Of a stretch of 64,000 nt of DNA, positions 32,007 to 41,609 are shown in pieces. The number at the start of each line of letters is the position of its first letter. The first letter of the stretch is position 1. The notes under the pieces are model-generated. The model was given only the letters and a program-made list of their open reading frames with translations, made no database searches and was not told where the DNA came from. The position numbers and the translations under genes were made by a program. Origin of the DNA: an uncultured Pseudomonadota bacterium (GTDB lineage Bacteria; Myxococcota_A; Polyangia; Fen-1088); NCBI GenBank assembly GCA_963723305.1, contig CAVRRT010000019.1, positions 8,727 to 72,726 of the forward strand, written 5' to 3'.

Positions 32007-32564
32007 CTAGGTCGTGGCCAAGCCGCGGGTCATGGCGATCTTGCCGGAGCGGACCAGCTCGACGATCTCGTAGTTCCGCAGCAGGCTGAGGAAGACGTCC
32101 AGCTTCTCGGCGGCGCCCACGATCCGGACGATCAGCGAGTCGACACCGTAGTCGACCACCTTGGCGCTGTAGAGCTCGGTGATCTGCAGGAGCTCGGTTC
32201 GGTCGGCGACCTTGCACTGCAGCTTCACCAGCGCGACCTCGGTCTCGTAGACCGACTGGCCGGTGTGGTCGAAGGCGGTCACCACGTCGATGAGCTTGGT
32301 CACCTGCTTGATGATCTGCTCCAGCGTCTCCGGATCGCCGCTGCAGGTGATGGTCATGCGCGAGAAGTCGCCGTTGGTGACGTCGGCGCTCACCACCAGG
32401 CTCTCGATGTTGTACCCGCGCCGCGAGAAGACCAGCGCGACGCGGACCAGAACCCCCGGCTTGTTGCGCACCAGGATCGACAGCGTGTGCAGCGGCGCCG
32501 TCTGCAAGATCGGCGAGTTCGGATTGCCAGGATTGCCCAGAGAAATGTGAGTCGCGGCGGACAT
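32007..32564 (-). CDS. ilvN: acetolactate synthase small (regulatory) subunit
   Basis: ACT-domain pattern LSILVRNKPGVLVRVALVFSRRGYNIESL; located directly downstream of ilvB with a 2-nt gap. Confidence 0.85.
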   Translation of the reverse strand: MSAATHISLGNPGNPNSPILQTAPLHTLSILVRNKPGVLVRVALVFSRRGYNIESLVVSADVTNGDFSRMTITCSGDPETLEQIIKQVTKLIDVVTAFDHTGQSVYETEVALVKLQCKVADRTELLQITELYSAKVVDYGVDSLIVRIVGAAEKLDVFLSLLRNYEIVELVRSGKIAMTRGLATT

Positions 32565-32566
32565 CT

Positions 32567-34351
32567 CTAGGTGCTCCCTTCAGGCTTGGCCATCTTCTGC
32601 TTCGGACGTTCGATGAGCATGTCTTTCAGCCCGGCGCCGGCGGGGATCATGGGGAAGACGTTGTCCTCCTTGATCACCTCGGCGTTGATCAGGCAGGGCC
32701 CTTCGTCCCAGGCCATCGCCGCCTTGAGCACGCGGTCGACCTCGGCCGGCCGCTTGATGTGGAAACCCTTGATCCCGTAGGCGCCCGCCAGCTTCACGAA
32801 GTCGGGATTCCCTTCCAGATCCACGCCCGACAGACGGTTGTCGAAGAACAGCTCCTGCCACTGGCGCACCATCCCCAGGTAGCTGTTGTTGATGATGAGG
32901 ATCTTCACCGGCAGCTTGTGCAGCGCTGCCGTCGCCAGCTCGCACATCGTCATCTGGAAACCGCCGTCGCCCACGATGCACCAGACCTTCTCCTTGGGCT
33001 TGGCGAACTGCGCGCCGATGGCCGCCGGGAACCCGTAGCCCATGGTCCCCGCGCCCCCCGACGACAGCCAGGTACGGTTCCTGATCGTCCGGCAGAACTG
33101 CGCCGCCCACATCTGGTGCTGGCCGACGTCGGTGGTCAGGATGCAGTCGCGCCCGCCGAGCGCGTCGAGCCGATCGAGCACGTGCTGCGCCCGCAGCCCG
33201 CCCCGCTTGGCGTACTTGAGCGGGAACTGCTTGCGCCAGTCGGCGATCTCCTCGAGCCAGTCGGCCGTGTCGAGCTCGCCCACCAGCGGCAGGAGGTCCT
33301 CGATGGTCAGCCTGGCGTCGCCGGCCAGTGACACGTCGGGGCGCACGATCTTGTTGAACTCGGCCACGTCGATGTCGACGTGGATCTTGGTCGCCCCCAC
33401 GCAGAACTCCGACAGCTTGCCGGTGATCCGGTCGTCCCAGCGGGCGCCGATGGCCATGATCAGGTCGCAGTTCATGACCGTCTTGTTGGCGTAGGCGGTA
33501 CCGTGCATCCCCAGCATCCCCTGGTGGAGCGCGTGGTCCTCGGGGCAGGCCCCCTTGCCGAGCAGCGTGTTCACGATCGGCGCCTTGAGCTTCTCGGCCA
33601 GCTTCATGATGGCCGGCCCGGCGCCCGAGATCACGGCGCCGTGACCGACGTAGAGCACCGGCTTCTTGCTCTTGGCGATCAGCGCGGCGGCCTTCTTCAG
33701 CAGCTCCTCGGCGGGGTGCCCCGGCACCGAATAGCCCGGGAGGTCCACCGCGTCGACGAACGGCGCGCTGCAGGGCGCGCTGGTGATGTCCTTCGGCAGA
33801 TCGATCAGCACCGGCCCCGGGCGTCCCGTGCCGGCCAGATAGAACGCCTCCCGCGTGATGCGCGGGATGTCGTTGGGGTTCTTCACCAGATACGAATGCT
33901 TCACCACCGGGTACGTGATGCCGGTGACGTCGGCCTCCTGGAAGGCGTCCTTGCCGAGCATCGGCGAGATGGTCTGGCCGGTCAGGACGATCATCGGCAC
34001 CGAGTCCATGAGCGCGGTCAGCATGCCGGTCACGGTGTTGGTGGCGCCGGGACCGGAGGTCACCAGCACCACGCCCGGCTTGCCGGTCGCGCGCGCATAG
34101 CCGTCGGCCATGTGCGTGGCCCCTTGCTCGTGGCGCACCAGAATCAACTTGATCTTCGAGTCGACCAGCGCGTCGAAGATCGGCATCGCGGCGCCGCCCG
34201 ACAGGCCGAAGACGTACTCGACCCCTTCCCGCTCGAGGCAGCGGATCAGCGCCTCGGCGCCGGTCTGAAACTTCGTGACCGGCTTGGCGGCGGCGGGGGT
34301 GGTGGTGGCGGGGGTGGCAGGAGTCGTTCGGCTGGCGGGAGATGCAGGCAC
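32567..34351 (-). CDS. ilvB: acetolactate synthase large (catalytic) subunit; probable GTG start preceded by GAGG
   Basis: ThDP-enzyme motifs: [30 protein letters not shown], and the IVGDGGFQM...[12 protein letters not shown] ThDP-binding fold. Confidence 0.85.
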   Translation of the reverse strand: MPASPASRTTPATPATTTPAAAKPVTKFQTGAEALIRCLEREGVEYVFGLSGGAAMPIFDALVDSKIKLILVRHEQGATHMADGYARATGKPGVVLVTSGPGATNTVTGMLTALMDSVPMIVLTGQTISPMLGKDAFQEADVTGITYPVVKHSYLVKNPNDIPRITREAFYLAGTGRPGPVLIDLPKDITSAPCSAPFVDAVDLPGYSVPGHPAEELLKKAAALIAKSKKPVLYVGHGAVISGAGPAIMKLAEKLKAPIVNTLLGKGACPEDHALHQGMLGMHGTAYANKTVMNCDLIMAIGARWDDRITGKLSEFCVGATKIHVDIDVAEFNKIVRPDVSLAGDARLTIEDLLPLVGELDTADWLEEIADWRKQFPLKYAKRGGLRAQHVLDRLDALGGRDCILTTDVGQHQMWAAQFCRTIRNRTWLSSGGAGTMGYGFPAAIGAQFAKPKEKVWCIVGDGGFQMTMCELATAALHKLPVKILIINNSYLGMVRQWQELFFDNRLSGVDLEGNPDFVKLAGAYGIKGFHIKRPAEVDRVLKAAMAWDEGPCLINAEVIKEDNVFPMIPAGAGLKDMLIERPKQKMAKPEGST

Positions 34352-34491
34352 GATGGAAACCTCGCTTGTGAAGTCCGAGGTCCAATATCTACGTCGAAAC
34401 GACGCCGCCGTCCAGCCGTTTGAAAACGAATCTCGAAAAACCGTGTCGCTTTGATCGAATTGACGCGACGCTCGCAGACCAAGCAGGAAGA

Positions 34492-35319
34492 TCACTGCGT
34501 TTTTGTGGCCACGAACCACGTCTTGCTTGGGCTGCCTTCGGCGACGGGGCTCCAGGGAGCGGCAACCTCCGCGGTGAGGCCGGCGGCGAAAAGCGCCCCC
34601 GTAACCTCGCTCTCGGAGAAGCAGCGCTGCTGAAGCACGAAGCGCCGCTCCAGCCCGCCGCCGCGGGCGAGGCCCATCTCCGCCCGGCCGGTTCGCGTCC
34701 GGGCGTCGTACCCGAGCCGGGTGTCGACGTGATGCCCCTCGAGATCGAAGGCGACCCGGTACTGCCACAGCTGCTCGAACCCGAACGCGTTGTTCAGATC
34801 GAACACGAACAGGCCACCCTGGCGCAGCACGCCGGCGACCGCCCGAAAGGTCGCCGCCAGCGCCTCCTGGTCGGGCAGGTGGTTCAAGGTGTCGTAGAAA
34901 GAGCCGACCACGTCGAACTGCGCGCCGAACGGCAGCGGGCCCGGAAGCCGCGCGCGCGTCCAGAGCACGCCTTCGTGGAAGGGCTTGGCCACGGCGGCGG
35001 CCAACATTCCCGGGCTGACGTCGACACCGCAGAGCCGCCAGGCCGGATGCAGCGCGCGCAGCGCCAGGAGGAGCGTCCCGGTTCCGCAGCCGAGGTCGAG
35101 GAAGGAGACGGCTTCGGCGACGAGCGGGCTATCCGACGCCGATGTTGGCGCCGGCGCGCCGGCGCGCGCGAAAAGCTGCGGCGGGCGGAGCGCGAACAGC
35201 TGCTCGAGGCGGTCGGCGACCAGGAGCGCGAACGGTCGCGCGCCGCCCATCGCGTCGTAGATCGGGGCGAGGGCGTCGTAGATCTCAGTCGTCGTGTCCG
35301 ACGGAGCCACGCAGCGCCT
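34492..35319 (-). CDS. class I SAM-dependent methyltransferase
   Basis: [11 protein letters not shown] is methyltransferase motif I. The start is ambiguous: the annotated ATG at 35346 would overlap the upstream gene, so an in-frame GTG at 35319 is used. Confidence 0.55.
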   Translation of the reverse strand, partial: RRCVAPSDTTTEIYDALAPIYDAMGGARPFALLVADRLEQLFALRPPQLFARAGAPAPTSASDSPLVAEAVSFLDLGCGTGTLLLALRALHPAWRLCGVDVSPGMLAAAVAKPFHEGVLWTRARLPGPLPFGAQFDVVGSFYDTLNHLPDQEALAATFRAVAGVLRQGGLFVFDLNNAFGFEQLWQYRVAFDLEGHHVDTRLGYDARTRTGRAEMGLARGGGLERRFVLQQRCFSESEVTGALFAAGLTAEVAAPWSPVAEGSPSKTWFVATKTQ

Positions 35320-35692
35320 TCTTGTCCGAGTGCGCGTGCTTGTCACGCAGCATCCGCGCCTTGGCCCGGCGCGAGCGGCGGCGCTTCTGGCGGCGGACCT
35401 TCTCGGCCTCCTGCTGCCGCTTGCTGGCCGCCCCCAGCTTCCGCTCTTCGATCTTGTCAGCCAGCATCTGACGCGCGATCAGCCGGTTCGCCCCCTGCGT
35501 CCGCTCACGCTGGCACTTGACGGCGATCCCGGTCGGCCGGTGCACCAGGACGACACAGGTGGCGACCTTGTTGACGTTCTGGCCCCCCTTGCCGCCCGAG
35601 TGGACGAAGCTCTCCTCGAGATCCTCGGCGCGCACGCCGAGCCGCGCCAGGCGCTCATCGAGCGCGCGCGCCCTGTCACCGGAAAGGGGCAT
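35285..35692 (-). CDS. arfB: peptidyl-tRNA hydrolase / release-factor-domain protein (ArfB/YaeJ-like)
   Basis: 135 aa with GGQ in SGGKGGQNVNKV and a basic C-terminal tail, as in ArfB. Confidence 0.6.
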   Translation of the reverse strand: MPLSGDRARALDERLARLGVRAEDLEESFVHSGGKGGQNVNKVATCVVLVHRPTGIAVKCQRERTQGANRLIARQMLADKIEERKLGAASKRQQEAEKVRRQKRRRSRRAKARMLRDKHAHSDKKALRGSVGHDD

Positions 35693-35781
35693 CGGACCGC
35701 CAGTCTATCAAGAGGCCGCGGCCCGGCGTGGCGTCGTGCGCCCTTCCCGGCCGATGGTGGTCGCCGGCGGGGGCCCGGCGG

Positions 35782-36102
35782 CTAGCGGTGCGGGTGCCAC
35801 TCCCCTTCGTACCAGTCGTAGTGATCCTCGTGGTGTTCCCAGCGGCCGGGCGCGTAGTCATACCCGCGACGCTCGTGAACATAGTGGCCGCGCGACCAAA
35901 CGTAGTGCCGGCGGCGCCACTGGTGGTGGCCGCCGACCCAGACATATCCGCGCCGGGGAGCGTAATGCTCCTCGCGCGGGCCGGGAGGCGCCTCGCGCGG
36001 GCCGTCATGAACGATTACCACCGCAGCGCCCGCCAGCGGCCCGGAGACCACCGACAGCACGAGGCCCGCCAATCCGATGAGGCCGCTCTTCCAGTTTGCC
36101 AT
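35782..36102 (-). CDS. small secreted/membrane-anchored His/Trp/Tyr-rich repeat protein
   Basis: 106 aa starting at the ATG at 36102. One hydrophobic N-terminal segment is followed by repeated Y.W..GH(H/Y) units (RGYVWVGGHHQW, RRHYVWSRGHYV, WEHHEDHYDWYEGEWHPH). Confidence 0.4.
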   Translation of the reverse strand: MANWKSGLIGLAGLVLSVVSGPLAGAAVVIVHDGPREAPPGPREEHYAPRRGYVWVGGHHQWRRRHYVWSRGHYVHERRGYDYAPGRWEHHEDHYDWYEGEWHPHR

Positions 36103-36169
36103 CGCTGTCTCATAAGCACGATCGCGGCCTGCGGCCAGGATTGGGGATGCCTTGTGACATCCTTGCTCC

Positions 36170-36622
36170 GTGAGCAAGGCCTTCACCAGGGACGACGCCG
36201 CGCCGGAGCCGCCGGTCTCCCGGCGACGCCCGCCGATTCCCGCCGGCGTTTCCAACTACGTCACGGAACGCGGCCTGCGGGCCTTGCGAGATGAGCTCGC
36301 CGAGATGGACGCGGTGACGCCTCGCCCCCAGGGATTCGCCGCCCGACGGGCCGAGCTGGAAGCGCGAATCGCCGGTGCCACCTTGGTTCCGGCGCCGCAC
36401 GATCGCGGCGAGATCAGGTTCGGCGCGCGGGTCGAAGTCGAGGGCCCCAGCGGCCGCCGCGAGATTCAGATCGTCGGGGTCGACGAGGCCGATCCGGGAT
36501 TGGGCCTCGTCGCGTTCACCGCGCCGCTCGCGCGGGCGCTGCTCGGCCGGCGCGTGGGAGACGTCGTCAGCGTGCAAACGCCCGGCGGCGACGAAGAGCT
36601 GCAGGTCATGTCGATTCAGTAG
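36170..36622 (+). CDS. GreA/GreB-family regulator (C-terminal FKBP-like domain; Rnk-like)
   Basis: 150 aa; GTG start. The C-terminal region VSVQTPGGDEELQV resembles the GreA FKBP-like domain. Confidence 0.45.
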   Translation: MSKAFTRDDAAPEPPVSRRRPPIPAGVSNYVTERGLRALRDELAEMDAVTPRPQGFAARRAELEARIAGATLVPAPHDRGEIRFGARVEVEGPSGRREIQIVGVDEADPGLGLVAFTAPLARALLGRRVGDVVSVQTPGGDEELQVMSIQ

Positions 36623-38823
36623 AAGGCCACGTTCTTCACGGTGAAGTTGGCGCTGCAGGAGCCGCCGTCGGCGCCGGTCGGGGCGGAGAGCTGCCATTCC
36701 ACGTCGACCAGCGTCGACGGGTCGAGGCTGGAGATTGGCGATCCGGCGCTCAGCACCGAGAACGGAACCTTGACGGTGGTCGTCGCGCCGAGAGCGACGT
36801 TGGCCAGCGGCCCGTAGCACTGCGAGTCGCTCCCCGCGCAGGCGCCGCGGGTCGCGTCGTCGGCGTGGCTCAGATCGCCGCTGAACGAGGCGCCGAAGGC
36901 GAGCAGACAGCCTCCCAGATTGCCCGAGAGGTCGAACTGCACGCCGGTGTACGACGAGGCGTCGAGGCAGGTCGCACCGTCGAAGAACAGCCCCGCCCCC
37001 TCCCAGTTGCCCTCGAGCGGCGGCGTGAAGCCTCCGACGATCTGCATGCCGGCGCCGTCGGAGGTCAGCGTGGCCGTCGGGGCCACCTGACCGGGCGCTG
37101 CGTAGGTGTACGACTCCCAGGGTGCCGTGGCGGTGCCGAAGGTCAGCAGGCCTGCCTGGGTGGCGCCCATCGTGGTGATCGCCGGACCCGCCGGCGCCAC
37201 CTTCGGACAGACCACGGAGGGACCGCTGCTGCACGAGGTCCCGACGATCCTCCCGGCACCCGCGCCGCCATCGCTTCCGCCGTCGGCCGCGCCAGGCGCG
37301 CCGGGAACGATCGGAGCGGTCGCGCCGGCCGGCAGACTGCGGGGACCGCTGGCGAGCGCGCGCTCGGCCTCGCCGTAGGTCCAGGCGGCGGCGGCGCCGG
37401 TGTCGGGGATCTCCACCGCCGCCATCGAGACCGGCGGCAGCACGAACGTCGCCGGTGCCGTGGCGCTGGCCAGCCCCGTCACCGAGAACGCCAGCGGCGC
37501 CGGCGCTTCGTTCCAGTTGGCGACGATGATCTCCGTCGCGTTGTCGGCCGCGTTGCGGCTGGCATGGGCGCTGACGCCCGCGGGCGCCGAGGTGACCGTC
37601 AACAGCGTCGGCCCGAAGTGCGCGGCGTAGAGCTGGTAGGCGTAGTAGGCGGGCCGCGGCGTGTGCGCCGGCGCCGGGCCCAGCAGGCCGAGCGCATAGC
37701 CGTCGTCGTCGCTGACGTCCCAGACGGCCGAGGTCCAGAGGCCGAGCTCCATCGCGGTCCCCAGGTTGTCGGCCAGCCAGAGCGCGGCGCCGACGGTCCC
37801 CGGCGAGGCCTCGAGCACGCAGATGGTGGCGTCGTAGACGATGTTCATCTCGGTGATCGCCAGCGGCTTGGCCCCCTGGCCGGTGGCCTGAAGGATGCCG
37901 CGGACCACGCTCATCACGTTGCGGAACGAGGCCGTGTCTCCGGCGGCGGCGGCCAGCGTCGCCTGGGCCGCCTCGAACGGATAGCGGTGGATGGCGATGA
38001 CGTCGAAGAGATCGCCGCAGGTGGTGAGGATTGGCGTCAGCCAGTCGTTGTCGCCGCCGCCCCCCTGGTACTTGTACGAAAGATCGGGCCCCACGATCTT
38101 GATCGTCGGGTCGACCAGCTTCATCGCCGCCACATACGCGGTCGCCGTCGCGCAGTAGTCGGCCGGCGTGTAGCCGGGGATCGCAGGCTGGGACGGATCG
38201 CTCACCAGACCTTGCGTGGCATAGAGATCCGGCTCGTTGCCGATGGAGAAATATTTCACCCCATAGCCCTTCGTGACGTTGGCGTAGCTGACCATCGCGG
38301 CGGCGGTGGCGGGCGTGGGCGGCTTTCCGGCGGTGTCGGCCAGCAGTGGAACCTGGATGATCGGTTCGGCGCCGACGGCTTGCGCGTAGGCGACGGCCGT
38401 GTCGAACGCGGCGTCGTCGAACGGATCCTGCGTGTTGGCGTCGTTGTTGTAACCGCCCACGCGCAGGAGCGTGGTCTCGAGCGGCGCGATCTGCGCATCG
38501 GTTCCGGTGACGTCGTCGCCATAGGAGGGCATCCAGAGCCAATAGTTGATCGACCAGGTGGTCGTGCGCGGCGTGCGCGTGGCGGCCGACACGACCAACG
38601 GGCTGGCGGTGACGCCACCGTCGCTGCCGGCGTCGGCGGCAGCGGGGGATTGCACGCAGATCTGCGACAGGCAGACGAGCCCGCCGTTGCAGGCCGCGTC
38701 CGTTGAACAGGAGCTCCCGACGACCCCCGGCGGCCGCGCGATGTCGCTGCTGCAACTCTGGGCGAGCGGCATCCCGACCATCAACGCCACCGCGCCTGCC
38801 AGGAACGACCTCGCCGACACCAT
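36616..38823 (-). CDS. secreted glycoside hydrolase, clan GH-A (GH5/GH30/GH39-like), with a C-terminal beta-sandwich (CBM-like) domain
   Basis: Signal peptide, a Cys-rich linker, then YFSIGNEPDL carrying the NEP catalytic acid/base motif, and later ITEMN carrying the nucleophile E. About 250 C-terminal residues are Gly/Ser/Thr-rich and beta-strand-like. Confidence 0.55.
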   Translation of the reverse strand: MVSARSFLAGAVALMVGMPLAQSCSSDIARPPGVVGSSCSTDAACNGGLVCLSQICVQSPAAADAGSDGGVTASPLVVSAATRTPRTTTWSINYWLWMPSYGDDVTGTDAQIAPLETTLLRVGGYNNDANTQDPFDDAAFDTAVAYAQAVGAEPIIQVPLLADTAGKPPTPATAAAMVSYANVTKGYGVKYFSIGNEPDLYATQGLVSDPSQPAIPGYTPADYCATATAYVAAMKLVDPTIKIVGPDLSYKYQGGGGDNDWLTPILTTCGDLFDVIAIHRYPFEAAQATLAAAAGDTASFRNVMSVVRGILQATGQGAKPLAITEMNIVYDATICVLEASPGTVGAALWLADNLGTAMELGLWTSAVWDVSDDDGYALGLLGPAPAHTPRPAYYAYQLYAAHFGPTLLTVTSAPAGVSAHASRNAADNATEIIVANWNEAPAPLAFSVTGLASATAPATFVLPPVSMAAVEIPDTGAAAAWTYGEAERALASGPRSLPAGATAPIVPGAPGAADGGSDGGAGAGRIVGTSCSSGPSVVCPKVAPAGPAITTMGATQAGLLTFGTATAPWESYTYAAPGQVAPTATLTSDGAGMQIVGGFTPPLEGNWEGAGLFFDGATCLDASSYTGVQFDLSGNLGGCLLAFGASFSGDLSHADDATRGACAGSDSQCYGPLANVALGATTTVKVPFSVLSAGSPISSLDPSTLVDVEWQLSAPTGADGGSCSANFTVKNVAFY

Positions 38824-39026
38824 GACCCGAGTGCTCTCAGCAAGGCCGGGGCCAGGACGAATCGCCGCCGTTCGCGGCATCCCCGATCGGGTTCGGCCGC
38901 TCCGGACGTCCGCGCGGACGACTACTGGAGATCAGCGGACGTCCGGAGCCAAACGCGGCGCTGAAAGTGCCGGCGCCCCGACAATCCCTGGGCGCGCTCT
39001 CCGACTTCACGCGGCCTTCGCTCCGG

Positions 39027-40802
39027 TCAACGGAACGGCACCGCCGGCAGGTGGTTCTGCTCCGCGAAACGGGTGGTCACGAACACCGTCGCCAGCGCGT
39101 CGGCGAAGACGCAGCGCCAGCGTGGATCGTGGCTCAGGATCTCGGCTGCGCGCCCCAGGGGTCCGCGCTCGATCAGGATCGCCGGGACCTCCTCGGGGCG
39201 GTCGTAGTCGATTCCCAGCGCCTGCTCCCAGTCGCGTTGATTGCGCCACAGGTGCTGAATCGCGGTCAGATAGCGCTGGAAGGTCTCCTGCGTGTTGACC
39301 TCCAAACGGGGGTCCATGAACTGCTTGTGCGCCGGTGCGCCGTGCGCGATGCAGACGGCGGCCTGGCCGATGTTGTAAGCGACGATCCGTTGGGGCATGT
39401 CGGGTCGGGCCAGGAACGCGCACGCGTCGTGGGCGAACCATCGCGGCCGCTCGCCGAAGCCAACGCGCCGCCCCTCGCCCGCCCAGGCATAGAGCGCGCC
39501 CGACGCGGTGGCGACCGCCAGCGCAGAGGCGGCGACCAGCAACGCAAAATTCGGGTCGGGCCGACGTCGCGCGCTCGGCGCCGGCGTCCTTTTGCCGGCG
39601 GCGGCTCGCCGGTGCGACTTCTTCGCGGGCGCGGGCACGGGCGTCGGTCGCGCCGACAGAGCGTCGTCGAGGTTCCAGGTGGTGACGAACACAGCGATCA
39701 CCCCGAACAGCCCACTGTTGCGGGTCGCCTCCCAGGCGAGGTAGGCGCTGGCTCCGAAAATCAACCCCCGGAACAGGCGAAACCGCGCCCGGCGAGCGCA
39801 GGCGACGAAGCTGATAACGCCCAACAGAAGCGCGGCGAAGAAGGCCAACAGGTAGGGGTTCCACAGGCCAGCGGCCGCGATGAAGTCGCCGGTGCTCTTC
39901 AGCTCACCGATGGCGGCGCGATAGATGCCCGGCGTGCCCACCTTGTGGAACTGCTCGATCGCCAGCGCCACCGCCTTCGCCCCGTATGGGTTGACGAGGC
40001 AGGCAAGGAACGAGAGGAGAGTGACGGCGACCAGAGTCTTTGCCGGCGGAAGGGTGGGCGGAAGATCCGCTGGAAGATCGGCTGGAAGATTGGCTGGAAG
40101 ATTGGCCGGAAGATTGGCCGGAAGATTGGCCGGAAGATCGGCCGGAAGATCGGCTGGAACGGCGGGTTGACGCAGGCGATCGACGATCCAATCCGCCGCG
40201 TACGCCGACAGCAGCAGCGGACCCATCACGAAGAACCCGTGGCAGTTGACCCACAGGATCTGCAGGACCGGCAGCGACCAGAGCCACCGCGGAGCCCGAG
40301 GTGCCCGGCCCAGCACCACGAGGTAGGTGGTGAGCAGGACCAAGGAGACCAGCTCGGGCCGCTCGGACAGACGTCCGGAGAGCATCACCACGCCCGGCAA
40401 CCAGGCCAGGGCCAGCGGCCAGGCGCGGTGGTCGCGCCGGCGACCCAGCATCGAGAGCGCCACGATCCCCGCTCCAGCCGCTGCCTTCAGCAGCACCAGC
40501 GCCGACGCCCCCCCGAGGCGATAAAGAAGCGCCACGCCGACTTCGTAAAGCCAGGCGACGTCGATCCAGGGCCGGGTGGCGTTGGTGTACGTGAAGAGAT
40601 CGACCCGCGGCACCGCGCCCGTCTCGACGATGAGCTGGCCCGTCCGCAGGTGCCACAAGATGTCGAAGTCGGCCATCGGTGAGCAACAGAGCAGGAACGC
40701 CAGCGCTGGCAGGGAGACCAGCAAGGCCCGTCGCCAGGGCTCGCGCCGCGCGCCCTCAGCGGTCCGGGCCGCGACGAACACCGATCGAAAGAAGCCCTTC
40801 AT
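39027..40802 (-). CDS. polytopic membrane protein (possibly a GT-C-like glycosyltransferase) containing an in-frame (LPAD/LPAN)n repeat
   Basis: 591-aa intact ORF with 10 or more hydrophobic segments and a conserved DILWHLRTGQ...PWIDVAWLYE N-terminal loop. The 12-bp x8 tandem repeat at 40060-40155 encodes PADLPADLPANLPANLPANLPANLPADLPADLPP. Confidence 0.45.
   Translation of the reverse strand: MKGFFRSVFVAARTAEGARREPWRRALLVSLPALAFLLCCSPMADFDILWHLRTGQLIVETGAVPRVDLFTYTNATRPWIDVAWLYEVGVALLYRLGGASALVLLKAAAGAGIVALSMLGRRRDHRAWPLALAWLPGVVMLSGRLSERPELVSLVLLTTYLVVLGRAPRAPRWLWSLPVLQILWVNCHGFFVMGPLLLSAYAADWIVDRLRQPAVPADLPADLPANLPANLPANLPANLPADLPADLPPTLPPAKTLVAVTLLSFLACLVNPYGAKAVALAIEQFHKVGTPGIYRAAIGELKSTGDFIAAAGLWNPYLLAFFAALLLGVISFVACARRARFRLFRGLIFGASAYLAWEATRNSGLFGVIAVFVTTWNLDDALSARPTPVPAPAKKSHRRAAAGKRTPAPSARRRPDPNFALLVAASALAVATASGALYAWAGEGRRVGFGERPRWFAHDACAFLARPDMPQRIVAYNIGQAAVCIAHGAPAHKQFMDPRLEVNTQETFQRYLTAIQHLWRNQRDWEQALGIDYDRPEEVPAILIERGPLGRAAEILSHDPRWRCVFADALATVFVTTRFAEQNHLPAVPFR
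40060..40155. repeat. 12-bp tandem repeat GGAAGATYGGCY x8 (minus strand: LPA[DN] x8)
   Basis: Eight contiguous units with only wobble-position variation, in frame within CDS 39027-40802. Confidence 0.9.
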
Positions 40803-40930
40803 GCGCCAGGGATTGCCGAGCTGCCGAGCCTACCGCACGCAACATACACCTGGGTCGCGGGCCGAGGTTGCGTCTGGGCGCTCGCTTGTCGATACTGCCG
40901 CCGGCGCCGCTTGGGCGCGGGAGGTCCGTC

Positions 40931-41554
40931 ATGCGAGGAGCGAGCTTCGTCTGGGCGTTGGTCTTGATGGTGGGCCTCGGCGCGGCCTGCTCGAACGCGC
41001 CGGCCCCCAGCGCGCCACCTCCGGCGCCGCCCGCCGCTCCGCCGCCGCCGGCGCCCACACCCGACGCCGCGGCCAAGCCGAAGATGGTCGCCAACCCGGA
41101 CGGTCTGTCGCTGGCCGATCGGATCGCCAAGCGTCAGGCGGCCGAGAAGAAGCTGGCCGCCGAGCTGGCGGCCGAGGAACAAAAGCGGCTGCTCGCCTAC
41201 GACAAGGGGAAGTTGCCGCTGCATAAAGAGGTGTTCGCGGCGATCAAGAAGTACCGCGCCGCCTACGCCAAGGCGAAGACCAAGGAAGACGTGGAGAAGA
41301 TCCGCGTCGGTCAGCAGAAGGCGATCGAGGCGACCGGCAAGAAGATGGCGACCATCGACCCCAAGGGGGGCAATTCCAACGTCGTCACCGACTACGACGT
41401 CATGCTGAACGCCATCGCCAACGACTACCCCGACGCGCTGGAGCTGTCGTTCGCGGGCGACAAGAAGCCGCTCGACGAGCAGACCGCGGAGCTCGACAAG
41501 CGCACGAAGAAGATCGAGGACTGGCTGGCCGAGCTGAAGGCGGCCAAGAAGTAG
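40931..41554 (+). CDS. lipoprotein with a Pro/Ala-rich linker and a Lys-rich coiled-coil-like domain
   Basis: Signal peptide with the lipobox LGAAC. The (PPAP)n linker is followed by a charged helical region. Confidence 0.45.
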   Translation: MRGASFVWALVLMVGLGAACSNAPAPSAPPPAPPAAPPPPAPTPDAAAKPKMVANPDGLSLADRIAKRQAAEKKLAAELAAEEQKRLLAYDKGKLPLHKEVFAAIKKYRAAYAKAKTKEDVEKIRVGQQKAIEATGKKMATIDPKGGNSNVVTDYDVMLNAIANDYPDALELSFAGDKKPLDEQTAELDKRTKKIEDWLAELKAAKK

Positions 41555-41609
41555 CGCGCCGGCCTGACGTCGGAACACAAGCCGGGACCGAGCCGGGACC
41601 GAGCCGGGA

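Noticed and set aside
36110-38755. 881-aa minus-strand ORF overlapping the GH gene in another frame, and the plus-strand ORF 36865-38706
   Set aside because: Both are Arg/Gly-rich alternate-frame artifacts. The GH5-like frame (36616-38823) has a signal peptide and catalytic NEP/E motifs.
40060-40155. 12-bp x8 tandem repeat considered as a CRISPR-like or minisatellite non-coding element
   Set aside because: The unit is far too short for CRISPR and lies in frame within a long intact membrane-protein ORF. It is kept as a coding tandem repeat.
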